Assembly: GCA_963675295.2 (NCBI GenBank) | Contig: CAXXKJ010000002.1 | Location: forward strand, 736,001-800,000 | Origin: a bacterium | GTDB taxonomy: Bacteria > Electryoneota > Electryoneia > Electryoneales > Electryoneaceae | Direction of reading: 5' to 3' | DNA length: 64,000 nt | Shown here: positions 45,967 to 54,111 of the stretch, piece by piece | Numbering within the stretch: position 1 is the first letter of the stretch | Layout of the letters: each line of letters starts with the position of its first letter | Position numbers and translations under genes: made by a program | Notes under the pieces: generated by a model | Seen by the model: only the letters and a program-made list of their open reading frames with translations | Database searches by the model: none | What the model was told of the DNA's origin: nothing

Positions 45967-47070
45967 ATGTGGCTTGAGTTGCTGACATCGGGTTGGACGG
46001 CGTTGACGGAATACCTGTCCGCGCATGTGCTGACCTGTCTTGTGCCGGCGTTTTTCATCGCCGGAGCGATTGCCGTGTTTGTCAGCCAGCAGGCGGTGAT
46101 CAAATATTTTGGCCCGGACGCGTCGAAACCGTTGGCGTACGGGACAGCGTCGGTTTCGGGCGCAATCCTCGCGGTGTGTTCGTGTACGATCCTCCCGTTG
46201 TTCGCGGGGATTCGACGCAATGGTGCGGGCTTGGGTCCGGCGATTGCGTTTTTGTATTCCGGTCCGGCGATCAACGTGCTCGCGATCATTTACTCGGCGC
46301 AGTTGCTGGGGGTTGACCTCGGTGTTGCGCGCGCGGTCGGGGCGATTGTGTTCTCGGTCGTGATCGGGTTGATCATGGCGTTGCTGTTCCAGTCGAAGGA
46401 ACGCGCGTTGCAGGCGGAAAACCCGCAGTGGGCGTATGGCACCGGCGAGGATGACCGGCACCCGTTGAAGCAGGTGATCCCGTATTTCGCGGCGATGGTG
46501 GTGTTTCTGGTTGCGGCGTCCGCGATTGGGCTGGTCGCGGAGTTCGGCACATCGGAGAGCGGACGCTGGGCGCTGGAATTCTCCGGGAAGCCGATCCCGG
46601 CGATTGTCGCGGCGGTGTTTCTCGTCGTGGTGATTGTGATGGTGGTGAAGTGGTACGACGGCGAGGAAGTCGCGCGTTGGATGGGTGAGACGTGGGACCT
46701 GATCAAAAAGATCGTGCCGATCCTGCTGGCCGGTGTGTTTGTCGCCGGGATTGTCAAGGTGCTGTTGCCGGAGGCGGTGGTGCAGCGCTGGGTTGGCGGC
46801 AACAGTGTCTGGAACAACCTGCTGGCGAGTGTCTTCGGTGCGTTGATGTACTTCTCGACGCTGACTGAGGTGCCGATTGTGCGCGCGTTGATGGATCTCG
46901 GCATGGGGCGTGGGCCGGCGCTGACGTTGCTGCTGGCGGGTCCATCGCTGAGTTTGCCGAACATGATTGTGATCGGCCGGGTGATGGGTGTGCAGCGGAC
47001 GGCGGTGTATGTGGTGCTGGTGGTCGCGTTGTCGACGGCGGTCGGGTACACCTTCGGGCTGGTGATGTAA
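45967..47070 (+). CDS. ArsP-like permease (DUF318 family)
   Basis: HVLTCLVPAFFIAG, LAVCSCTILPLF, FLYSGPAIN, MYFSTLTEVP and LLAGPSLSLP motifs. Confidence 0.9.
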   Translation: MWLELLTSGWTALTEYLSAHVLTCLVPAFFIAGAIAVFVSQQAVIKYFGPDASKPLAYGTASVSGAILAVCSCTILPLFAGIRRNGAGLGPAIAFLYSGPAINVLAIIYSAQLLGVDLGVARAVGAIVFSVVIGLIMALLFQSKERALQAENPQWAYGTGEDDRHPLKQVIPYFAAMVVFLVAASAIGLVAEFGTSESGRWALEFSGKPIPAIVAAVFLVVVIVMVVKWYDGEEVARWMGETWDLIKKIVPILLAGVFVAGIVKVLLPEAVVQRWVGGNSVWNNLLASVFGALMYFSTLTEVPIVRALMDLGMGRGPALTLLLAGPSLSLPNMIVIGRVMGVQRTAVYVVLVVALSTAVGYTFGLVM

Positions 47071-47111
47071 CGTGGTGAACACGTAGTACATGTGAGATAA
47101 AGGATCGAACG

Positions 47112-47357
47112 ATGAAGAAGATCGAAGTGTTGGGCGTTGGTTGCCCGAACTGCAAGAAGACGGAAGCGTTGATCCGTCAGGTAACCGACAAGCTGGGCTG
47201 GCAGGATGGCGCGGATTTCGAATTGACCAAGGTGACGGCACCGAACGACATCGCGTCGTACGGCATCCTCGCAACGCCGGGCGTGGTAATTGACGGCAAG
47301 GTGGTTCACAGCGGCAAGGTGCCGTCCAAGGGTATGATCGAGCGCTGGCTGGCGTAA
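47112..47357 (+). CDS. Small redox-active disulfide protein (MTH895/ArsE-like thioredoxin)
   Basis: IEVLGVGCPNCKK, YGILATPGVVIDGKVVHSGKVPS motifs. Confidence 0.92.
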   Translation: MKKIEVLGVGCPNCKKTEALIRQVTDKLGWQDGADFELTKVTAPNDIASYGILATPGVVIDGKVVHSGKVPSKGMIERWLA

Positions 47358-47391
47358 GGTGGCCGGTTGGGCAGTGGCAGGTTCCCACCAG

Positions 47392-47574
47392 AAAAAGCAA
47401 GCCCGGATCGAATGATCCGGGCATAGTCTCCAAGCTTGCGAATCTCTGAAAACCGGTACGGGGGAAGGCGTATGAATCCGGCGAGATTGTTCCTTTAAGC
47501 TTGGAAGTCAAACAGATCCCAGGTGAACAGGTCAGCGGCAATCAGCTGGTCACACCGCTTGTTGTCTGCTCACC
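47392..47574 (-). ncRNA. Candidate structured small RNA of about 180 nt (family unassigned)
   Basis: Bounded by a TTGACA-17-TATGTT promoter and a GCCCGGATC/GATCCGGGC + TTGCTTTTT terminator. Two long internal hairpins. No ORF within the predicted transcript. Confidence 0.55.
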
Positions 47575-47578
47575 ATAC

Positions 47579-47607
47579 AACATACTTTGGCCTCCACAAG
47601 TTGTCAA
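47579..47607 (-). promoter_or_regulatory. Sigma70-type promoter
   Basis: TTGACA (47607-47602), exactly 17 nt, TATGTT (47584-47579). Confidence 0.65.
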
Positions 47608-47784
47608 GAGGTTGGCTGGAATAGCTCCAGAAGAATGGAGAAGGGGCGGGCTCTGCGACAATCCTGGAGTCTGGCAAATACCAGACAGAGTAACTCCGCG
47701 GGTATGGCGGAGAAGCCAATTTTGTCGCTTATTTCACATACAGTTGTTCAGCGATTCAGGGTCAACGCTTAGTTTGGGGCGGGC

Positions 47785-48618
47785 ATGCGTGACGACGAGA
47801 AAGAGTTGGCGGAGGTATTGACGCGGTACGGATTTTTCCCCAGCGAATCGCGATTGTATCTCGAGATGCTGCGCAAGCACGAAATCTCCGCGGGGGAATT
47901 GCATCGCATCACCGGGCAAAGCCGTCCCCGGACCTACGAGCTGATCAACCAGATGGTGCTCAAGGGGTTCTGCCAGCAACGGGTGGAAGGCCGTCGCAAA
48001 TATTACAGCGCGATCAAGCCGAGCAAGCTGCGGGAGTTGATGCAGCAGAAGTGGAAGCAGGAGCAGAAGCGGGAAGCGCAGCTGTTTGAGAAGATGGACT
48101 CGATGTTTGAGGGCGGGCGTGACAACGAACAGCCCTTCGACTTCATTGAGATCATCCGCACCAAGGACCTGATCAACCAGAGCTTCGTCAACCTGGTCAA
48201 CGAAGCGCAGACAATTATCCACTCGTTTGTCCGGCGCCCGTTCTCAGGCCTGACTCAGGCGAACTGGGAAGCGCAGCGGGACGCGCTCGCCAACGCTGAC
48301 GCGCGCGGGGTGGAGGTGCTGTCGATTTATTCGTCCGAGGATATGAGCACCGAGCTGCTGCAGAAGGCGTTCGCTGCGACGGAGGAATTGCCGCTCTCGC
48401 AGGTGCGGATCATGGCCGGGCTGCCGGCGAAGATGTTCGTGTTTGACCATTCGAAGGTGCTGCTGGCGATCCCGTCGATCCCGGGCGAAAAGGTCAGCGA
48501 CTTCACGATGATGGTGCTCGAGGACGAGTCCAACGCGCAGGTCTATTCCGAGCTGTTCGAGATGTACTGGCAGAAGGCGCTGCCGTTCGTAGAGTGGAAG
48601 AAGCAGAATGGGGCGTAG
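47785..48618 (+). CDS. TrmB-family transcriptional regulator
   Basis: L..YGF...ESRLYL.ML, R.RTYE.IN.M..KGF HTH, Y.AI.P; C-terminal RGVEV.SIY and PAKMFVFD..KVL. Confidence 0.88.
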   Translation: MRDDEKELAEVLTRYGFFPSESRLYLEMLRKHEISAGELHRITGQSRPRTYELINQMVLKGFCQQRVEGRRKYYSAIKPSKLRELMQQKWKQEQKREAQLFEKMDSMFEGGRDNEQPFDFIEIIRTKDLINQSFVNLVNEAQTIIHSFVRRPFSGLTQANWEAQRDALANADARGVEVLSIYSSEDMSTELLQKAFAATEELPLSQVRIMAGLPAKMFVFDHSKVLLAIPSIPGEKVSDFTMMVLEDESNAQVYSELFEMYWQKALPFVEWKKQNGA

Positions 48619-48655
48619 TTGTATCCGGAGAAGACTGTCCAGAACAGACCAGCCG

Positions 48656-50434
48656 CTACTTGAGCAAAATCGCTTTTTGCGTTCCGGCCCACGTTCCGGC
48701 GTTGGCGCGAACGAAATACACCCCGGCAGCGACGCCCGCGGCATCCCAGCTGAACTCATGGGTTCCCGCCTCAAGCAAACCGTTCGCGAGGGTCGCAACC
48801 TGCTGGCCCGCCATGTTGAAGACGGTGACATGCAGGACGCCGGGTGACGGCAGCTCGACACGGATCGTGGTGCTGCTGTTGAACGGGTTCGGCCACGGTT
48901 CGCTCAGGGCGAACTCGGACGGGATGTCCGCAAGACCGGGGTGGCCCGGGTCATCGTGTGACCCGGGAGTCCCCGGATCGTCGACACCCACTTCGCCCTT
49001 CTGGATCTGGATCGTGCCGAGGCCCATGTTGGACGCCTGGTCGGGGTGGTTGCCATAGTGCAGCTCGACCGTGTACTCACCATCGGGCCAGGCTTCCGGG
49101 ATGACGAGCGTCTCGTTCCCGGTGGAGATGTCAACGCCGGGTTGCAGCGTCACCACGGTCGCCGGATAGGTTTCGGTGAAGCCGTCCGGGCCGGTGACAT
49201 ACACATACCGGTCAAGGTCGGTGGCGTTGACGAAGATGTTGCTTGTCAGTTCGTCAAAGACAAGTGTCCCGCCGGTGGATGGGAATAACGTGGCTTCCGC
49301 CGTCAGCTCGACTTGCACCTCCGGTTCCCATTTGATCAGTGCCAGATCTTCGGGGTCGTCGAGAGACCAGTATCGCGGCCACCATGCTGCGACGACACCA
49401 CCGTCTCGTCCCTGCGTAAGTGATACGATTTCCCCGCCAAGGTCTTCATATTCCCAAAGCAATGTGCCGTTCGAATCGAGTTTCCCAAGCCAGTGAGTCA
49501 ATCCATCAATCGTATACGATCTTCCGCAGACAGCGATAGAACCGTCTGCTAGCAGCACCAACTCGTAGGCTCTACCATCCCAGTCGTCAGGATTTGGCAA
49601 CAATGTAGCCCAGACCAGTGTTCCATCTGGATTCCGTTTTGAAACGTATCGCTTCTGGATTTCATCAACAACATAGCCGCAAGTGTAGAGATAACCCGAT
49701 TCATCCTCGCGGACGCAGTAGTTCATCCCGTTCAGGGTATCGCCGGGTATGGAGGCGATGATATCCCAGACAAGTTCGCCATACGCGTCGACTTTGTAGA
49801 GATACGGGCCGCGGAGGTCACCATCGACACGTCCGCTTGGAACGATAAAACCGCCGTCCTGAGTGGGTTCAACCCAGTTGGAAACCGGCATGTTGATGTG
49901 CTCGAGACGCCAGAGAACTTGGCCTGCAGGTGAAATGCGGTGAAGGAAACAGCCTTCCGCTGTACCCACTGCTACAAATCCGCCAACAGGCGCTTCACGG
50001 ACGCAGGTGAAATACTCCGTATGATCAGCGGAAGAAACCCAAATCCACAATTGGTTGCCGTCAGCGTCAAGCTTGCGGACAAATGCGTCAAACTGCATCC
50101 CAACCTGTGTTTCTCCGCACTGGATGAATCCGCCGTCCGAAGTCGGTTCGATGTGATGGCCGGCATCTGTGAGGTCTTGTCCTTCCAAATTGAACCAAAT
50201 CTCATTGGCTTCGCTATCCAATCGGATCGTAGTCACTTGTGGATTGAATGGATCAACGGGATCCCAAGAAATCCCTGAGGTGATATATCCACCTGTTGGA
50301 ACTGCATTCACACAATCCATCCACTCACTGCCCGCTTGAGAACCCCATCTGGCTGTCCAAAGAGTGTCCGGAGGTTGGGCGATTGCAGGTAGTGCAAACA
50401 ATAGAACAAGCGAAAGTGCGGTGTACGTTCTCAT
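48656..50434 (-). CDS. Secreted beta-propeller-repeat protein + Ig-like domain + T9SS-like CTD (paralog A)
   Basis: Signal peptide; PPDTLWT; T.DGGF..G and K.D..G...W repeats; WPNPFNSST..AAGVYFV tail. Confidence 0.87.
   Translation of the reverse strand: MRTYTALSLVLLFALPAIAQPPDTLWTARWGSQAGSEWMDCVNAVPTGGYITSGISWDPVDPFNPQVTTIRLDSEANEIWFNLEGQDLTDAGHHIEPTSDGGFIQCGETQVGMQFDAFVRKLDADGNQLWIWVSSADHTEYFTCVREAPVGGFVAVGTAEGCFLHRISPAGQVLWRLEHINMPVSNWVEPTQDGGFIVPSGRVDGDLRGPYLYKVDAYGELVWDIIASIPGDTLNGMNYCVREDESGYLYTCGYVVDEIQKRYVSKRNPDGTLVWATLLPNPDDWDGRAYELVLLADGSIAVCGRSYTIDGLTHWLGKLDSNGTLLWEYEDLGGEIVSLTQGRDGGVVAAWWPRYWSLDDPEDLALIKWEPEVQVELTAEATLFPSTGGTLVFDELTSNIFVNATDLDRYVYVTGPDGFTETYPATVVTLQPGVDISTGNETLVIPEAWPDGEYTVELHYGNHPDQASNMGLGTIQIQKGEVGVDDPGTPGSHDDPGHPGLADIPSEFALSEPWPNPFNSSTTIRVELPSPGVLHVTVFNMAGQQVATLANGLLEAGTHEFSWDAAGVAAGVYFVRANAGTWAGTQKAILLK
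48936..48976. repeat. Palindromic REP-like element inside a coding sequence (copy 1)
   Basis: CCGGGG-TGG-CCCGGGTCA-TCGTG-TGACCCGGG-AGT-CCCCGG. Its core 48938-48967 matches 54080-54109 at 29 of 30 nt. Confidence 0.75.
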
Positions 50435-51074
50435 GGTTCATCCTCGCAGATTGTTGATATTTCGCTTGTTACAAATATGTGAGAGCACAATGTTCGCGAA
50501 CTACGTAGCCCGGGGGTTCAGAGCCAGGCGCCAGCTGTCAACGTACCAACATCACCTTTTGCACGTGATCCAGTTCATCCTGTACTGTCGCATGAATGAA
50601 GTAAATACCGCTTGACAGGTTTGATCCATCTAAGGTAAACGTGTGGTTGCCCGCTGCGAAATGACCGTCTGCCAGGGTGGCGACGTGTTGGCCCAAGGCG
50701 TTGTAAACGGTGGCGTGAACCTTCGAGGGATCAGGGAGGAAAATGGTTAGCGTTGTTGAAGCGTTGAATGGATTCGGGTACACGGACAGGGTTGGTTCGG
50801 AAGGAAGCTGTTCTGTCGCAAGATCGTCCGGATCGTCAACACCCACTTCGCCCTTCTGGATCTGGATCGTGCCGAGGCCCATGTTGGACGCCTGGTCGGG
50901 GTGGTTGCCATAGTGCAGCTCGACCGTGTACTCACCATCGGGCCAGGCTTCCGGGATGACGAGCGTCTCGTTCCCGGTGGAGATGTCAACGCCGGGTTGC
51001 AGCGTCACCACGGTCGCCGGATAGGTTTCGGTGAAGCCGTCCGGGCCGGTGACATACACATACCGGTCAAGGTC
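48984..51074. repeat. Direct repeat of about 235 bp shared by the tandem paralogs (48984-49219 and 50839-51074)
   Basis: Identical by visual alignment at offset 1855. Flanking sequence differs mainly at synonymous sites. Confidence 0.88.
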
Positions 51075-52283
51075 AGTGGCGTTGACGAAGATGTTCGACG
51101 TCAGTTCGTCGAAGACGAGTGTCCCGCCGGTGGATGGGAACAACGTGTCTTCCGCCGACAACTCGACCTGCACCTCCGGCTCCCATTTGATTAGAACCAA
51201 GTCTTCGGGGTCGTACAGGCCTGAAAATCGTGGCCACAATGCAGCGACAATACCACCGTCACGTCCTTGGGTGACCGAAACCAGTTCACCACCCGTACTT
51301 TCGTATTCCCACAGGAGTTCGCCGTCGGAGGAGACCTTCGCCAACGACATATGGTATTCATAGTTTTCATCATTGAACATGCCCACGACTGCTACAGATC
51401 CATCTGCAAGAATATCAAGTTCGAGAAACTCCGCGAACCGATCTTGAATCGTTGGTAGAGTTAAACCCCAGATCACTGTGCCATCGGGATTACGTTTTGA
51501 GACATACCGTAGAGCATCACCGTCTGATACCTGACCACATGTATACAGGAAACCCGATTCATCCTCACGGACACAGTAGTTGATTCCTCGCAGCGTATCC
51601 CCGACGACAGAGCCATAGTCATCCCAGACAAACTCGCCGGATGCATCGACTTTGTACAAGTAAGGTTTCCCATTTTCCCCGTGAATTCGTGAAGATGGCA
51701 CAATGAATCCGCCGTCCTGAGTGGGTTCAACCCAGTCGGAAACCGGCATGTTGATGTGCTCGAGACGCCAGAGAACTTGGCCGGTGTTGGATAGACGGTA
51801 CAGGAAATGGTCATCAGCGGTGCCCACCGCGACATACCCTCCGGCCGGTGCCTCGCGGATACAGGTGAAGTAGTCATCTCCGTCATAGGCAAACATTTGC
51901 AACCATTCCTGGTTGCCGTCGGCGTCGAGCTTGCGGACAAATGCGTCAAACTGCATCCCAACCTGTGTGTCCCCGCACTGGATGAACCCGCCGTCCGATG
52001 CTGGCTCGATATGATGGCCGTAGTCAGCGAGGTCTTGTCCTTCCAGCGAGAACCAGATTTCATTGCCACCGTCATCTAGATGAGTCGTTGCAACTTGGAT
52101 ATCAGCCCCTTCCCACATGTGCCCTGTAGCTAGGTAACCGCCTACTGGAACTGCAGTAACACATCGAAATTTCTCGTAGTCGCTTTCAGTTCCCCAGACC
52201 CTTGTCCACAACGTGTCGGGGGGTTGAGCGAGTGCAGGTAGTGCAAACAATAGAACAAGCGAAAGTGCGGTGTACGTTCTCAT
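50538..52283 (-). CDS. Secreted beta-propeller-repeat protein + Ig-like domain + T9SS-like CTD (paralog B)
   Basis: Same signal peptide MRTYTALSLVLLFALPA as paralog A; YPNPFNAST..LSSGIYFI tail. Start ATG 52283. Confidence 0.87.
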   Translation of the reverse strand: MRTYTALSLVLLFALPALAQPPDTLWTRVWGTESDYEKFRCVTAVPVGGYLATGHMWEGADIQVATTHLDDGGNEIWFSLEGQDLADYGHHIEPASDGGFIQCGDTQVGMQFDAFVRKLDADGNQEWLQMFAYDGDDYFTCIREAPAGGYVAVGTADDHFLYRLSNTGQVLWRLEHINMPVSDWVEPTQDGGFIVPSSRIHGENGKPYLYKVDASGEFVWDDYGSVVGDTLRGINYCVREDESGFLYTCGQVSDGDALRYVSKRNPDGTVIWGLTLPTIQDRFAEFLELDILADGSVAVVGMFNDENYEYHMSLAKVSSDGELLWEYESTGGELVSVTQGRDGGIVAALWPRFSGLYDPEDLVLIKWEPEVQVELSAEDTLFPSTGGTLVFDELTSNIFVNATDLDRYVYVTGPDGFTETYPATVVTLQPGVDISTGNETLVIPEAWPDGEYTVELHYGNHPDQASNMGLGTIQIQKGEVGVDDPDDLATEQLPSEPTLSVYPNPFNASTTLTIFLPDPSKVHATVYNALGQHVATLADGHFAAGNHTFTLDGSNLSSGIYFIHATVQDELDHVQKVMLVR

Positions 52284-52557
52284 GGTTTCATCCTCGCAGA
52301 TTGTTGATATTTCGCCTGTCAGAAGTAGACTAGAGAGCGGTATTAGCGAATGTGCTTGACACGATAACTTCAACGTTCTAAGTTAATATATGAATCTGAC
52401 TCAATCAGCTGGCTCTTCCTCACTTCTCTGCGTTCCGTTCGGAATGACACCCCGTCTGTGCCTGTTTACTCGTCTGTCCTCTTTACTGTAGAGCTGAGAT
52501 CCTCGTTGCTGTACAAACTGGTACCGGCCCGGCGCAGCGAGCACGATGGGTCGCTGT

Positions 52558-53559
52558 TTAGCTGTCGATCACGACCATCGTGTAGGTCTGGCTGCCGAGG
52601 CCGAGTTGTTCGGCGTGGTCGAGGGTGTGCATGCCGTGGCGCGATTCGATGCGTTCCCGCAGGGACGCGCTTTTATCCGTGTCGGCGGCGTAGACCAGGT
52701 CGACGCAGGCTTTGTCCAGCGCGACGGGATCAAGGGATGCGAGAATCCCGATGTCCTCGAGTTCCGGCGGGGCCGGGTTGTTGTTGCAGTCGCAGTCGAT
52801 GGACAGATTGTTCATCAGGTTGATGTAGACCAGGTTTTCGCCGAGGCTGTTGATGATCGCCCCGGCAGCTTCGGCCATCGATTCGAGGAAATGGTCCTGC
52901 GGTGTGCTGAAGCAGACGGAGAAATCGTCGCGGCTGGTGGTTCCGCCGGCGGTGTGAATCCACATCTTGCCTTCACCGGAGGCGATACCGATCGACATGT
53001 TCTTGATCGCGCCCCCGAACCCGCCCATCTGGTGACCCTTGAAGTGGGACAGGATGAGGAACGAGTCGTAGTTGACGAAATTCGCGCCGACGTAATCCTC
53101 GGTGATATGCTTCCCTTTCGGGAACGGCAGCCGGATCGAACCGTCCTTGTCCATGATATCCACCGGCGCGATGTCGGCGAAGCCGTGATCGACCATCACC
53201 TGCTGGTGGTCGGCGGCGTCGAACCGTCCGCCGGGATACGCCGTGTTGCACTCGACGATCGTACCGTTCAACGATTGCACCAGGTTCTTGATGATCGCCG
53301 GGTCCGGGAAGTGGTGCCCGCCGGGTTCGCCGGAATGCAGTTTGACCGCGACCTTGCCGGGCAGGGTACGGTTCTCTGTGACGACCTCGTGAATCTTCAT
53401 CAGGCCGGCGGAGCTGATGTCGGTGGTGAAGTAGACGCGGGACTGGCCGGGTGTGTCGGCGAAGGCGCTGGCGACGTTGTCCAGGTCGCTGAGCGCGATG
53501 GCACCGATGGCGAACGCGCTTTGCTTGAGAAAACTGCGGCGTGAATCGTGCGTGTCCAT
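52558..53559 (-). CDS. DUF362-domain protein with Tat signal
   Basis: SRRSFLK twin-arginine signal; KVAVKLHSGEPG, ECNTAY, LSHFKGH..GGFGGAIKN, DCDC and DIGILASLDPVALDKAC motifs. Confidence 0.9.
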   Translation of the reverse strand: MDTHDSRRSFLKQSAFAIGAIALSDLDNVASAFADTPGQSRVYFTTDISSAGLMKIHEVVTENRTLPGKVAVKLHSGEPGGHHFPDPAIIKNLVQSLNGTIVECNTAYPGGRFDAADHQQVMVDHGFADIAPVDIMDKDGSIRLPFPKGKHITEDYVGANFVNYDSFLILSHFKGHQMGGFGGAIKNMSIGIASGEGKMWIHTAGGTTSRDDFSVCFSTPQDHFLESMAEAAGAIINSLGENLVYINLMNNLSIDCDCNNNPAPPELEDIGILASLDPVALDKACVDLVYAADTDKSASLRERIESRHGMHTLDHAEQLGLGSQTYTMVVIDS

Positions 53560-53671
53560 GCTTCCCCCAAAGTCAGGATTCCGGAATATACAACGTTTTC
53601 AGTCGTTTGACCGGGCGCTCAGACCATGCGTTTCACAAATCATCCCTCCCCGGACGTGTGCCCGGAGAGGG

Positions 53672-53918
53672 ATGGATGCAGTCACAGCGAAGGCGACGCC
53701 GGAGGTGCCGAATCTCGGGCTCACGTTCTTTCTGGGCAAACGTCAGATGGCTGCGGCGGCTGATGCTGAGTGAGAAGGTGGACGCCGGCGACGCGGCGTT
53801 CGAGGTGGGGTACGAAAGCCCGTCCCAGTTCAGCCGTGAGTTCAGCCATGAGTAGAGCCGGCTGTTCGGTGCGCCGCTAAGGGATATTCGGAACCTTACG
53901 CAGGCGGCTGCAGGGTAA
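53672..53918 (+). pseudogene. Relic of an AraC-family regulator (internally deleted, nonsense codon)
   Basis: [44 protein letters not shown] is the AraC C-terminal HTH signature with a TAG at 53853-53855. A short upstream start fragment in another frame has an SD. Confidence 0.75.
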
Positions 53919-54079
53919 ATGTAGACACGGAATTGTGGCCCGGCTTGGTCTGTATCAAGTCGGGTGTCGTGGTGTTCAAGCGGCGAGAAAACGCCCCTGT
54001 GACCCGATATGCCCCTGTGACCCGCGCGTGTGTTTGCGCGGTTCGCAGGGGTTCGTCTTACCTGGAACGTTTCGCAGGC

Positions 54080-54109
54080 GGGGTGGCCCGGGTCATCTTG
54101 TGACCCGGG
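54080..54109. repeat. Palindromic REP-like element (copy 2), abutting the stop codon of 54112..55674
   Basis: GGGGTGG-CCCGGGTCA-TCTTG-TGACCCGGG. Confidence 0.75.
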
Positions 54110-54111
54110 TG

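Noticed and set aside
42759-47357. Selenocysteine in the redoxins or permease
   Set aside because: No in-frame TGA at the CxxC positions; all are Cys or other sense codons.
45625-47541. 638-aa minus-strand ORF across arsR, the permease and the thioredoxin
   Set aside because: It overlaps three well-supported genes on the other strand, has H/R/Q-rich shadow composition, and would cross a minus-strand terminator at 47392-47422.
47542-47595. 13-codon ORF MLYGEQTTSGVTS with a GGAGG upstream
   Set aside because: The GGAGG and ATG lie inside the spacer and -10 box of the predicted promoter, so they would not be in that transcript.
48984-51074. Repeat pair as the template and variable repeats of a diversity-generating retroelement
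   Set aside because: No reverse transcriptase is in the window. The core is identical, and flanking mismatches are mostly synonymous and not adenine-specific.
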